The position numbers were made by a program, and so were the translations under genes. The notes under the pieces are model-generated. The model searched no databases, had not been told where the DNA came from, and saw only the letters and a list, made by a program, of their open reading frames with translations. Shown in pieces: positions 34,605 through 47,169 of a stretch of DNA of 64,000 bases. The stretch spans positions 124,001 to 188,000 of the forward strand of contig JAKMXF010000066.1 in the NCBI GenBank assembly GCA_024704765.1, in the 5' to 3' direction. Numbering within the stretch: position 1 is the first letter of the stretch; every line of letters starts with the position of its first letter. Source of the stretch: Oopsacas minuta. Its lineage: Eukaryota; Animalia; Porifera.

Positions 34605-35809
34605 ATGAATTCAAATTTGAGGAGTTATATAGAATACCTGACTAGAGAGAAGCTAGAGCAAAATATGAAACAAGAATCAATGCTCGATATTGGCTATCCA
34701 ATGAATCTGAAAAATACAGAAACCCACGCTGCTGCAAAAATAGAAATACTGAAGTCATTTCCATTTCTCCTCCATTATAGAAACCCAATGATCATGGAAC
34801 CGTTCTGGACTGCACAATTGATGAAGGAAGAAAAGTCACTAATAACAGAGTTGATCGCTCCTTGGGGTGGTACACCAGAAAACACATGGGGATACATAAC
34901 AAGTGGTGGGAGTGAGAGCAATTTAGCAGCAATTAAGTTTGCATTGAAGTTATTCAGACCACGCAAACCAATTCTTGTATTCTCAAAAGAGACACATTAT
35001 TCCATCATTAAGTTCCTAGACTTTTGTGAAAGTTCATTTCTTGACTGTGTAATCGCGCCGACAAACCTCAGCGGCCAAATGGATCACACACAGATATGGG
35101 ATATTCTAGAAGCATGCTACTCACCAGGCACTCCAGTGATCGTGATTGCTACACTAGGGACAACAATGAAGGGAGCAACAGATGATGTACTAAAGATACG
35201 CGAGGTGTTGCTGGAGAAAGGAGTGAGAAAAGATAATTTGTATGTTCACGCGGACGCAGCGCTAAACGGAGGGTTCTGGCACTTAGACAAGGCTAACTAT
35301 CCCTATCAATTAGGAAATGATACTAACTTATTATCCATCAGTGGTTATAAATGGTATGGATCTATGTATGCAGTTTGTTTGCATTTCATCAAGGAAACAC
35401 TGAACAGTCTTACATCGAATATGCAATGACAGATGATCCTGGGATAGGAGGGTGTAGGAACGGATTCAATGTTATTAGCTGGAAAATCAGATTACTGCAG
35501 TTTGATTGGCAACAGGAGTACAACATGTGTCAGGAGAGAGTTAAGCACATAGAATCAATGCTCAGAAAGTTGGACATAGAATCTCTAATCAATCCAGCTT
35601 CTATAATTATTTGCTTCCCTAAACCTCCACAGGAGATTATACAGAAGTACGTACTGCCTACACATTATGATGAACATCTAGGGAATATTTCTCATCTCGT
35701 CGTACTTCCACATGTAACTAAAGATATTGTTGATTCATTTATTTTGGATCTCAATCAACATTTGGGAGATAAGGGTCTAAGGTTCGTATACAGACAGAGC
35801 TTAGTCTGA
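34605..35809 (+). pseudogene. Group II PLP-dependent decarboxylase (bacterial histidine decarboxylase / plant serine decarboxylase-like) split by a frameshift near 35361-35366
   Basis: GYP.N, WGYITSGGSESNL, HYSIIK, TLGTTMKGATDD, YVHADAALNG and SISGYK (PLP lysine at codon 249) in frame 1; IEY...D..IGGCRNG continues in the overlapping ORF 35351-35809. Pseudogene or sequencing error. Confidence 0.8.
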
Positions 35810-36373
35810 ACCATATATATAAAATATCTGTGTAAAATAATTCTACATAAAATAAGAATGTAATTATTGTTAATTGTTTGGCTGATTCTATTGAAAAGAT
35901 CAGATAATTATCATAAATAGAAATTAGTTAAGCAATACATATTTTACGTGGCAACAACTATTTGAAAGCTTCGGACCGGTCGGGTCAGGCCAAAAAACTA
36001 GGTAGTTGTGACCTCCAGACTTTAGTGAGGATAATTATGTACGTACGTACCTGCTATAGGCGCAAACGCTGAAATGAATCTGGGAAGGACTAATTCACAA
36101 AATCGGTTTACATAATTCAATCAGCATCATAGGCGTAGTAAAGTTAAAGTGAGCGTTTGTAAGCGATGGTTGCATTCAAACACAGCTGTGCTGTGCTGAG
36201 CTGGTAAGTTATCAACATGATACGAGTTAGTGTTAATTTCAATAATGAATGTGTGTGTGTACATCTTTCCTCAGTTAATTTGTATCACTAGTGAAGCCCG
36301 AGAAGGTAAATAATAAAATATGTCGGGCTGGCAGACTGCATTTGGGTCATGTTTCCTTCCAATGAACAAACTA

Positions 36374-36520
36374 CAGTTGACATCGGGTACTCGAACCCTC
36401 AGGGGAAATCAAAATCTGTTCGAAATACTGAATGTTTGAGTTAACGGATGCGATAAGTACTAAAGGTAATGATAGCGAATGTTCTAGTTAACCGGCATTC
36501 GAGTTACCGGATGTTGACTG
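36374..36520. mobile_element. Tc1/mariner-type MITE, 147 bp
   Basis: CAGTTGACATCGGGTACTCGAA ... TTCGAGTTACCGGATGTTGACTG with TA on both flanks. Confidence 0.78.
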
Positions 36521-36912
36521 TAATTAGTCGCTAAAACAAATTATTAATATTACTTTTGAAGTAAAGGCAAAATGTGTGAAAATATGATTAATCATATGAG
36601 AGATCTTGTAGAGGGACTGAATTTTAGTGTATAACCAAATTCGATAAAAATGACTATCAGAAACTGAACTAATAATATTTCAACTGACGAAGAAGTATTT
36701 AAGCTCCATCTATAGCATTCTTTGAAATTACAAGGAAAGGTGTGAAGATTAAAATATGTTCCCTGTTGTTTCACAGCCGCCTTATTATAAAGAAATAACT
36801 TGAATGATTCAAAACATAACTAAAAATAGGAAAATCTCAAAGTATTCAAACAGAGGTTGTTGATAGAAAAAAGTATTTGTGACGTAATAATCCATCACAA
36901 AATACACTTAAT

Positions 36913-37326
36913 CTATTGAGCAGGTGGTGGAGGAGGATACTGTACTTGTCCCATATTAATTGGAGTAGTTGTCTGTACAGGGTGAGGGTATCCAGGATAG
37001 TACTGTGTCATCACTACAGGTTGTTGTTGGGGATTGTACAGCTGTTGTTGAGTCTTACCCTTACTCTTACCTTGTGAATAGGCAAACTTGATTATAAAAG
37101 CTGCCAATGCAGCAAGGAATATGATAACACCTCCAGTACAACAACAACAGGCTACTATTACGAAAGTTATTGTAGCAGATAGACAGGCTGCGTCACAACT
37201 ATCATAATAGTAATAGTAGGAGTATCCGTAGTAGGGAGGTGATAAAGCAACAGAGAAAGGCAGAATAGTAGCCAATAGGAGGAGAGTGAGGAAAATATAT
37301 GTAGACATCATACTAGAGTATAGCAT
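36913..37326 (-). CDS. Small membrane protein (signal peptide, Tyr-rich mini-ectodomain, Cys-cluster hydrophobic segment, P/Q/Y-rich tail; Shisa-like architecture), paralog 1
   Basis: MSTYIFLTLLLLATILPFSVA, PYYGYSYYYYYDSCDAAC, TITFVIVACCCCTGGVIIFLAALAAFII, tail ending QYPPPPPAQ. Confidence 0.85.
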   Translation of the reverse strand: MLYSSMMSTYIFLTLLLLATILPFSVALSPPYYGYSYYYYYDSCDAACLSATITFVIVACCCCTGGVIIFLAALAAFIIKFAYSQGKSKGKTQQQLYNPQQQPVVMTQYYPGYPHPVQTTTPINMGQVQYPPPPPAQ

Positions 37327-38477
37327 CGTAATTAATAATATTGTAGAGAAATATTAGACCAGTTATCTACGGTTGATGGTAAATCAAAATGTATTTCCAC
37401 GGAACTACACATTACACTGAATCAATATTATTGAAGCGACTACAAAATCTTTGTATAAATATCAGTAAACGCCATTGAGGCTCGTGAGCGGAGTGATAAT
37501 TATGAAATGTAGTAATTACGGTATGTATTTTGTACTACCCCTACCATATTCCAGTTTGTGAAATTCATTCTACCATTTGCTATATAGCACCAAACAAAGC
37601 TGTGGATATCGACCTAACTTATATGCATTATCGTTCTGTCGATTTATTTTCCGTCTGTTAAAGTAATTTATTACAGTCTCAATCTACGGCAGTTTGATCC
37701 TAGAAATACATTTATGAAATGTTACTTGTGCAACAGTTACACAAATACGAAAATTCCTGGCAGTATGCATAGTTGCTCCACTAGTGAAAAAGCCAAAATA
37801 GTATGTTGCTAATATAAATTAATAGACTGCCGTCATCACATTACACTAAAGGACACTAAAGGAACAAACTCTCTTATACGATAAATCAATATGTAACTTT
37901 TCTGATCATACATCACACAAACATGTAATATTCAAAGTATTTTCACGTCTAGTAAACAGCAGATCTGTTAGATTTCTGACCATATCCGTTCACTAATTCC
38001 AAGAAATATTTGTTAAGTCCACATTACGCTGTTATAGTCATATCAAGTATTGAATTATTTTACTTGCGCTAGTAGACACGATTTTTGCTAATCATTGCTT
38101 GTATGTGTGATGATGTCACTTTGAATTATATAGATCGGACGGCTTGAATCTACATCAGATGTGTTAAATATATTTACACTATATATTTTATCAATTCAAT
38201 TTAGAACATTTGCAAAAAAAGATATTAAACAATTAAAGGAGTATTTGATTAAACCTCTCTAGATTCTAGAAAATCTTAGCTACTAATAACAACTACACTT
38301 TCTATTGTAAAAGCAACATTAAACATTTTCCACTCGTGAAACAACTGTGTATATCACCTAGAATTTTCTTACTCTAATCATACATTAGTATTGCAGGGAG
38401 CTCTACTCAATAATATTTACAAATAATATAAAAATTATTATCAATATGAAAGTAAATCTAGAAGTAATAAATAAATT

Positions 38478-38837
38478 CAGGGCTGTATCAACTCAAAATG
38501 AGTTGGCAAATTCAACTCATTTTATTGAATGAGTTGAATGAGTTGACAACGCAATCGGGCCTGGACTCGGTATGAAAAGTAGGTACATTATCTGTTCCAA
38601 GAATTGGGAATCATCAAGGGCAATGATGTAACAATGTATTTTGCTCCCACCGAAACATCAATGCATCAGTTTTATAATGTTCTAAGCTTATTATTTCAAG
38701 TTAAACTCTTGGTTATAAAAAGAGTTGGTAAAATCAACTTTTTATTTGAGTTGAATGAGTTGGTAGCGGCGAAATTAATTAGTTGGTAAACAAAATATGA
38801 GTTTTTTGCCAACTCAAAATGAGTTGATACAGCCCTG
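38478..38837. mobile_element. hAT-like MITE, 360 bp
   Basis: TIR CAGGGCTGTATCAACTCA ... TGAGTTGATACAGCCCTG with internal GAGTTG repeats; no matching TSD. Confidence 0.75.
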
Positions 38838-39376
38838 CTGAGTGAGTGATTCTAGATTCTAGAATATTCCGAGATTAGATCTTTGAATGAGGGAATAATG
38901 GCGACTAATAGGAAAATAAGATGGATCGTGGCTTCGGATGAATATTAAAAAGGAAAATATTCAGAACGTAAACATGTCCAGCCGACAGACTGTGAGTATG
39001 CCCTGGCGTGAAATTTTGCATCATAAGAAATAATTGCAAAAAGTTTGAAAATATGTATAAGCATTTGATAAATCTGGGAAATTGCAATTTTCTGGCTCTA
39101 AAAATCTCAATTACCCTTGACAAGTGTCAAAATTATTCACCAAAAGGGTCAAATTCGTACACAAGATGCAAATCTAAGGCCCAAATGTATATGAGTCCCA
39201 ATTATTATGTTACTAACGGAGTTACGGAAGTCACAATCGTCCATGCCATTAGGGCATCTCGTTATAGAAGCTGTACTAAAAACAATGTACGTATTTAGAT
39301 TCATAATATAAAACAGAGGTTATAAATAGAAACAAAATATTTGTGATGTAATAATCCATCACAAAATACACTTAAT

Positions 39377-39775
39377 CTATTGAGCAGGTGGTGGAGGAGG
39401 ATACTGTACTTGTCCCATATTAATTGGAGTAGTTGTCTGTACAGGGTGAGGGTATCCAGGATAGTACTGTGTCATCACTACAGGTTGTTGTTGGGGATTG
39501 TACAGCTGTTGTTGAGTCTTACCCTTACTCTTACCTTGTGAATAGGCAAACTTGATTATAAAAGCTGCCAATGCAGCAAGGAATATGATAACACATCCAG
39601 TACAACAACAACAGGCTACTATTACGAAAGTTATTGTAGCAAATAGACAGGCTGCGTTACAACTATCATGATAGTAATAGTAGGAGTATCTGTAGGAGAT
39701 TTGTGATTCAGCAAGAGAGAAAGGCAGAATAGTAGCCAATAGGAGGAGAGAGAGGAAAAGATATGTAGACATCAT
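39377..39775 (-). CDS. Small membrane protein, paralog 2
   Basis: Same membrane segment and tail as paralog 1; ectodomain ESQISYRYSYYYYHDSCNAAC. Confidence 0.85.
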   Translation of the reverse strand: MMSTYLFLSLLLLATILPFSLAESQISYRYSYYYYHDSCNAACLFATITFVIVACCCCTGCVIIFLAALAAFIIKFAYSQGKSKGKTQQQLYNPQQQPVVMTQYYPGYPHPVQTTTPINMGQVQYPPPPPAQ

Positions 39776-41051
39776 TATGACAGTAGTATATACTAACTAA
39801 TGATATTGTAGAAAATAACAGGTCAGTTCAGGCTACGTCTCTCTTTCAACTGGTTATTATTCGATTCTTAAAACAGCTCAAAGCACTGGTAAATACACTC
39901 AATTTCCACATGCATCACTAAAATCGGCTGAATTATGCCTTTTTCATGCATTTTAGGTCAAATTTTGAAATTATTAATGTCAAATTTTGAAATAAATAAT
40001 GACCTCGGTCTATCTTTTATGGGCAGACAAATTGTACAGGGTGATAGTGAACTGTCAGGGCTTTCTACTGAACCCATCTCTGAACTTGTAGCATCAAACT
40101 GACCGAGTCATGACCGTTTGAAGTTGGTAATCATATACCGAGGACAGTATTTCACGAAATGTTGACATTAAAATTTTCGAAATTGGGCCTCTATTCAAGA
40201 ATAAATGTATGAAAAATACATAATTAAGCCGATTTTAGGGATGCACGTGGAAATTGTGTATTTGCTGGGGCTTTGAGGACACTAGTGGAAAATTGTGTCC
40301 ATATGAAGTGTTTTTTCAGTTATGAAGCTAACTAATTGCAAGAAATTTCGTTAGGTCCATATTACCCTGTTTTTAGTCAAATTAATATTGAATTATTAAT
40401 CGCTTCAGATTGTACTACAAATAAAGTGCAGATAAATATACCAAAAGTGACAGAGGAGATAGCACAAAATTTCTCTTCCTATCTCAAAATAAGTAAAGCA
40501 CAAAGGTGTCAAAATATGATAAATAATGTAGATATAGATTTGGAAATGTTAAATTTAGAATCTACATACTCCATTACCCCTTACTAACAGTTAAAATAAA
40601 ATCTCTAGAATGGTTTTGAATAATATGCATAAAGGTGTGAAAATATGATTATTCATATGATAAATCTGTGAATTTGTAACTTTCAGACTCTCAAAATCTC
40701 TAAATCGGACTCTATACAGCCAATAACCCCTGACAACATGTTGAAATCTAATCTCTAGCTTGCTTTTGTATTTTCATAGAAAGGTGTGAAAATATGATTA
40801 ATCACCAAAAAGGTGTGAAATATTAACTTTAGAAAAAAAATCATACCCGAGGTGCAAATCTCCGATCAAAAATGTATATGCATGCCTATTTTCATGTTAC
40901 TAACGGAGTTACCTAAGGCACAATCGTCCTTGCCATTAGGACATCTCCTTATAGAAGCTATACAAAACAATATATTTAAATTCAAATATGAACAGAAGTT
41001 ACAAATAGAAAATCTTCGTGACGTAATAATCCATCACAAAATAAACTTAGT

Positions 41052-41429
41052 CTATTGAGCAGGTGGTGGAGGAGGATACTGTACTTGTCCCATATTAATT
41101 GGAGTAGTTGTCTGTACAGGGTGAGGGTATCCAGGATAGTACTGTGTCATCACTACAGGTTGTTGTTGGGGATTGTACAGCTGTTGTTGAGTTTTACCCT
41201 TACTCTTACCTTGTGAATAGGCAAACTTGATTATAAAAGCTGCCAATGCAGCAAGGAATATGATAACACATCCAGTACAACAACAACAGGCTACTATTAC
41301 GAAAGTTATTGTAACAGTTAGACAGGCTGTATCACAACTATCAGTTCTGGCAATGGATAGAGCAGCAGAGGAAGGCAGATACGCTACCAGTAGTAGGATC
41401 AGAGAGAGAAGGGTTGTAGATGATAGCAT
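41052..41429 (-). CDS. Small membrane protein, paralog 3
   Basis: Same membrane segment and tail; different signal peptide and a Tyr-free ectodomain LSIARTDSCDTAC. Confidence 0.85.
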   Translation of the reverse strand: MLSSTTLLSLILLLVAYLPSSAALSIARTDSCDTACLTVTITFVIVACCCCTGCVIIFLAALAAFIIKFAYSQGKSKGKTQQQLYNPQQQPVVMTQYYPGYPHPVQTTTPINMGQVQYPPPPPAQ

Positions 41430-42093
41430 ATTACTGGAGTTGTAATAATATATGATTTAATGGATACTTGGAATAATTAAGTATTATTATTATAGGTTAA
41501 CCTCTTGCGACAGCGACGTGATTAATCATATGATAAATACGTGCATACGAGAGTTAATTATTCATGATCATGAATCTCCGAATCGTATCTTACAAATGCC
41601 CTGCCAAGATAATGAAAACATATCTTCAGGATCGATTTGAACTTTTCCTCGAAAAGTGTGAAAATAAAAATTCATCACATCGTAAAGTTCTTATTTGAAA
41701 AAGCCTTTAATGTCAATTTTCAGGGTAATTAGAGGGATGCCGCACATCAGCCATGTCAATATTTGTACATGAAATAGCCTTAGATCAACATCCATAGTCC
41801 AGAAATACAGTACAAGACTGTCATAAAGTAAAGGCAAATAATTGTATATTTTGTAGAAATAGTTGAATAAGTTTTCAAGAGGGATTGGAGTAAATGCTCC
41901 AAAAATAGTCCGTGAAAATACGGTACATTCATGTAAATAAACCAAATATTAGTATTAATAACCTAAATGATATCATCAATATTATATAGGTGTAGTAAGT
42001 AGAGAGTTATTAGGGTAGAGCAGATGAAGTAAAGTTACACAATCATTTATTAACATAAAAGTATAAAGATAGCTTAACACGGTTATTATTGAG

Positions 42094-42894
42094 CTAGTAA
42101 TACCGTGTTCTGTGTTGTATTTGAGATCCTCCCCATGCAGGTTCAGGTAAACTCTGCTCTCCGCGAAATACTTCAACATTCTCAACACCGTTCTTAACAG
42201 TTCTACGCACAGTTTCCTTCTTCCCGTCAACAATAGTAGTAGTAGTGGATACAGAATTAACTCCTCCAGAACCTCCACCTGAATAGGACCCACTGAAACT
42301 ACTACTATGAGAATAAGTATTCATACCCTGGTGAGGCTCAAACATATTATGGGAAGTAAAGCTGGGCATACCCATATGCATAAATGGGTCTCTAACAGCT
42401 GGCATACGAGCATCTCTTCTGTCAAAGTTGAAGAATGGATCGTTTTGAAACATTGAAGTATGAGCTGCGAATGGATCCCTACAAAATGGGTCATCACCAA
42501 ATGGAGATGATGATCCGAAGAATTCTTTGAAAATATCGTGAGGGGATCTGAATACGAACGAATGGAATTGAGGAAAGTTTGATCCATGACCGAAACCTGT
42601 ATCAGCATGTCCTGTGTGAAATCCTCTCTCTAATCCATCAGCTCCATAGCGATCATACGTATCCTTCTTCTCAGGATCTGATAATACGTCATAAGCCCTT
42701 GATATTAGCTTAAACATATTCTCAGCTTCTGGATTATCCTTATTCTTATCAGGATGAAACTTTAGAGCTAACTTTCTATAAGCTTTCCTTATCTCCTCTG
42801 ATGTAGCTGATCTGGATAGACCAAGTAGTTCGTAGTAGTCCAGGTGCTCAGAGCTATGATCATTACGTCTGGTGTGATATTTGTGTCTACTCAT
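42094..42894 (-). CDS. DNAJB6: DnaJ subfamily B chaperone (DNAJB6/B2/B8-like); first ATG at 42894
   Basis: J-domain DYYELLG...[17 protein letters not shown]...[18 protein letters not shown]-rich [14 protein letters not shown]-terminal [27 protein letters not shown]. Confidence 0.85.
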   Translation of the reverse strand: MSRHKYHTRRNDHSSEHLDYYELLGLSRSATSEEIRKAYRKLALKFHPDKNKDNPEAENMFKLISRAYDVLSDPEKKDTYDRYGADGLERGFHTGHADTGFGHGSNFPQFHSFVFRSPHDIFKEFFGSSSPFGDDPFCRDPFAAHTSMFQNDPFFNFDRRDARMPAVRDPFMHMGMPSFTSHNMFEPHQGMNTYSHSSSFSGSYSGGGSGGVNSVSTTTTIVDGKKETVRRTVKNGVENVEVFRGEQSLPEPAWGGSQIQHRTRYY

Positions 42895-43391
42895 CTTGAT
42901 AGTTAGTAACAATCTAATTAATCAGAACAAATATACAAGTGATTATGGAATTATAGGGTGAAGTATATTAGAAGAATATCAGCTACAGTATCGTAGTTAC
43001 TCTGATAGCAACTGGGGTCATTATGAAGGTTTACCAATTCAGAGGGGTGTCTTTTTCGAGTAAATTTTATACTTTCAAGCATACACCCTAATCCTAAGTT
43101 ACAGCTCGTTTGACCATAATTTACGGTCAAAAATTTGACCGGTCAGTTGACAAAAGACATGAATTGCATTATAAACTGCAGATTTCAATTGAATAATTTA
43201 TAGATATATAAATCTCACAATTCTGTCAAGCATATTGTGCTTATTAACTAAAATGTCTGATTCGAATTAGAGATGACTTCAGAATTAATTTGAGATCTTT
43301 TTTAAGGAAATTATGTACTTTCTAGATTGAATAGAAAATCTATTTTTAGATTTTTATTTTTATATTACTAAGTGTATTGAGACGTTACTAA

Positions 43392-43857
43392 TCTATATTA
43401 TTAAATCTCAATTGTTGTCTGTCTGTTTGTTTGTTTGTCCGTTGTCAAGGAAAGGATTTACGGTATGCCATTTTGAAGTTGTCGCATAACTATGTATATA
43501 TTGTGTTTTTCAAGGAAGTATATAGAATTCAATAAAACTAAATATATCGAACATGCTGAATCCGATTTTCACACATTTGGATTTATCATATGTAAATTTA
43601 TTGTTGTTTTTATGAATATAAAGTAAACAAATTAGCCAAATTTCAATATATATATATATACAGGCTTGCTCTAAACGGTTACAAACGGGTTTGATCTACA
43701 AATAATTCAATAACATATATGCCATATATTTGTGAATTACATTGTTCTATATATATCTATATTATAATGCTCAAAGGGGCCGTCAATTTGGAGGATAATG
43801 GATACCTTGAGGCGCAATGCGCCGAGTTCATCGCGAAGCGACGAGCCAAAGGCTCGT
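43392..43857 (+). mobile_element. Non-autonomous Helitron-like element; internally deleted copy at 63454-63547 and a 3' end alone at 13324-13369 (minus strand)
   Basis: 5' TCTATATTATTAAATCTCAATTG followed by a TGTC/TGTT microsatellite; 3' GCGAAGCGACGAGCCAAAGGCTCGT with a GAGCC-AAA-GGCTC hairpin. At 63454 the same 5' and 3' ends are directly joined. Confidence 0.6.
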
Positions 43858-44622
43858 GGTATAAAAATCCTATTTTTGTACCCTGTTTACTTTGTGCATT
43901 ATTCAATCAACAGTATGACTCACACGAACCAAATGTCTTGTTAATACAGAGACTTCATATAAGACCTAACCCTTATTTCTTTAATAATGCAGAGCCAACA
44001 GAGATGCCAAATTTCACGGATTGGTGAGACTCCAGGTCAGGTTAGCATATATGGTAATGGTCGTACTTACTCTTAGAGTTAGAATAGTAACTAAACTTGA
44101 GAAAAGTTGTCATACAAAACAATATGTGGCTTATGTACATAGTGAATATGTAATGAGAATATACATTATCAAGTTAATAAGTATAACACCGTTATCCCTG
44201 GTTATTGAGAGCATCAATGCAATTCAGACATCTGTTTAGAGGATAGAAAGTTTTATGAATATTAAAATATCAGACCTTAAGTAGGCTCTTTGACTAGTGG
44301 CACCAAACTATTAGAGATTTACGGCTAGATGGTACAAAAGTCCTAAATGATAGATTGGATTAGATCTCCAATCGTAGTTACAGAATGATTTTGGACCTCA
44401 AAATAAAGAACGAATGCTCAAAAGCGATTTGTGTGTACATTACTCGCTTCCAAGAGTGACAGATTTTGTCAATAATATTCAAAACTTTTACAATATGCAA
44501 ACAATCAATAGATTCTTTATAACATATTCTTATTGGTAAATATTAGTTTTGAGAATATACATACATTGAAAAGTATACTAAACCGTTAGTAAACATGTAA
44601 AAAGTAGAGCCATTAAAATACC

Positions 44623-45996
44623 TTATTTAGCCATCTGTTCCAATGACTGTATATTCCAGATAGGATTATTCGTATCAAACTTAAGATAAGCCTGTACACC
44701 AGAGGAGGGCAGAGAGGAAGGCTGAGAGTCAGGACGTGTACTGGTGCCACTTGAGGATCTGGTAACTTTAGGTGGAGGTTCTGTAGAATCAAATTGTTGC
44801 TGTCTGATAGTTTGATTTGTTGTCAGATTGAACTGGGGTCCTGGGTGAAAGAGAGAGGAAGGGGGAGACATTATATTGATGGTGTGTCCTGGAGCGTACG
44901 GGTCAATTACGAATCCTAACGGACCACTCGCGTTAGAAGGCAGTTCATTAGACAAATTAGGTGTTTCACCATTATATGTAGATGAATAGTAACGTATATC
45001 AAAATCAGCTATAATAATTCCCATATCAATAATATTATATCGCTTATATAGATCATTCAATTGAGATGGCCCAACAGCTTTCAATACATTCTCTATTACA
45101 CGTCTCCCACAGTCATTGAATAGTTTGAATTTACTGTTATCATTCTTTGCATGATCCTGTATTATAAACTCTCCTACTTTCTCCAATACTGGACAGTCCA
45201 GTTTGAACATACAATGACGTTCAAACACCTTATACAAGTCGTCATTGATAATAAAAGCATGGTTGATTCTCCTATACTCCATGTCTACAGGTCCCCATAT
45301 ATCTGGATGGCATATGGCAGGAGGACTATTAGCTTTATGTAATATAGTATTCTGATAATTCTCCTTCAGATTTAGGTTACCGATACAACGTGTAGGCATG
45401 AAGGAGTGTTGGAATTGGAAGAATTCTGTAAGATAGTAGTAACTTAGTCCAGTATTTAAAAGGCGTGTCTTTTCAATATCACTTTCAAAAGAGTGCTCAT
45501 TACATGGAGATATACACGAAGGGATACCTAAGTCTCCTGAAGCAGAGCATAGACCTATTCTATTCTTTCCCAGCTGCACCCCCCATAAGATACCGCCCTG
45601 ACAGAGCATGAGAGAGATAGAGCAGCAAGAGAACCCGATCTCATTCATTAAGGAAGAATCACACATACGAAGACCATCTAAGAACTTGGAATCTAAACCG
45701 GAAAACATATTAGTCATCTCACCCTCCATGAATCTGCGGTCTATTCTATCAGGCCAGTGTATCTGCAGTAAGGAGTCCCTGAGGTTACGAGATACATAGT
45801 CCAGGGCATGGGGGTGTACGAAGGAGCCGTTAGGTGTAAGGTTCACATACTCGCTGAGCAGACAATAGAAAGATATGTTCTTGTGTACGAAGCAGAGATG
45901 TTTGTTGAATGGTATAAGCTTGATACTATCCTGTAGATAAGATGGTGTGTGGTATGCTTGACAGGAGTTTGCTGGGTATTTCATTGGATTTTCCAT
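44623..45996 (-). CDS. TAB1: TAK1-binding protein 1-like (PP2C-fold pseudophosphatase), intronless
   Basis: LWGVQLGKNRIGLC, HSFESDIEKTRL, PTRCIGNLNLKENY..ILHKANSPPAICHPDIWG parallel recalled TAB1 segments (VANVGTNRALLC, STRRIGDYKVKYGY, AKSKPIIAEPEIHG); S/T-rich tail and GVQAYLKF resemble the TAK1-binding end. Confidence 0.78.
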   Translation of the reverse strand: MENPMKYPANSCQAYHTPSYLQDSIKLIPFNKHLCFVHKNISFYCLLSEYVNLTPNGSFVHPHALDYVSRNLRDSLLQIHWPDRIDRRFMEGEMTNMFSGLDSKFLDGLRMCDSSLMNEIGFSCCSISLMLCQGGILWGVQLGKNRIGLCSASGDLGIPSCISPCNEHSFESDIEKTRLLNTGLSYYYLTEFFQFQHSFMPTRCIGNLNLKENYQNTILHKANSPPAICHPDIWGPVDMEYRRINHAFIINDDLYKVFERHCMFKLDCPVLEKVGEFIIQDHAKNDNSKFKLFNDCGRRVIENVLKAVGPSQLNDLYKRYNIIDMGIIIADFDIRYYSSTYNGETPNLSNELPSNASGPLGFVIDPYAPGHTINIMSPPSSLFHPGPQFNLTTNQTIRQQQFDSTEPPPKVTRSSSGTSTRPDSQPSSLPSSGVQAYLKFDTNNPIWNIQSLEQMAK

Positions 45997-47169
45997 CTTA
46001 TTATTGTTTGAAAAATAAATAATAGTAATATGTATAATGCACTAATCATGAATAATACTGGAGTAACACTTGTATATATTCAAGAGGTGGAAAAACTAAT
46101 CGTACGTGTCATGCCATAACTGGTCCGAGCGGGCCATTTACAAACCATTATTCAACAGTCGAATAATTATTAAATTCGACTGTGGAATGTTTTTATTCGA
46201 CGACTAATTACAAGTATTGAATATATGGTTTGGATCTGTTCAAGGCATTTTAGGCACTCCTCGCTTGTTGGAGTGGGTATTTACACTGGTTTAGTGGCTA
46301 CCTGCTTGGAGGTCGTTCTAGATCAGTGGTGTCAAACCTTTTGAATATACCGACCAATTTAAGATTTTCAGCACTCACACGGGCCACAGGATAAAATTAT
46401 ATTACCTTATCGATTTTCATTCGTGTAAGATTGATTTATTATTATTAACAAAGATCCTGAAATCAGTTGAATGGTTAGAATTTTAGTATCACTTCAAAGT
46501 CTATTTTACAATATAGAATTTTAATAATTTTGCAATATTGTAAGTTTATTTCTAATTTTAGTAATTTATGAATTGCATTACTTTAGTGGATTTAGCTTTC
46601 CTTTTACCATTCTCGATAGTTCAACATTTAATTTGCGAAAGTTAAGCTCCAAGATATACCCCCAGCAACCAAGGGGTGCTAAAAATGTCCGCTAATGAGG
46701 GGGACCATGCTGGATGCAAGAGTTCAAATCCTCGCGGCAAATAGTGGAAATTAATGACTGTACAAATTGGTCCTCGGCTTACTTATATGTGGCAGACTAC
46801 AATGTTGGCGAGATAAAAAGTGGCCTTTCACTATTCCAAGAAAAATACTTTTTCCAATACTAAGAGCGCATTGAAAAAGCTCACCGAGTCCATACTTCAT
46901 GAAACTTGCCAATCTTCTTGGGATCCCTGCATTACCCCGAGAAATATTGAATATTTCTCCAAATTCTTCTGACAAAATTGGTGAAAAATTCATATTTATT
47001 GCATATGAAATTAGAAATCCGGAATTCCGAGATAATTATGCAGGGAAATAGCTAGAGAGTGTTGGTAAGTATGGCCTACATAAGAGTAAAGTTGTGTTAT
47101 AGGCTGAGACCTAAGAATTTTTGAACAAAATCTATATACTTTATAAATAATAAATATAATTTCAAGTAT

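Noticed and set aside
43719-44239. ORFs of 102 and 72 aa
   Set aside because: The first overlaps the Helitron-like repeat end; neither has recognisable protein features.
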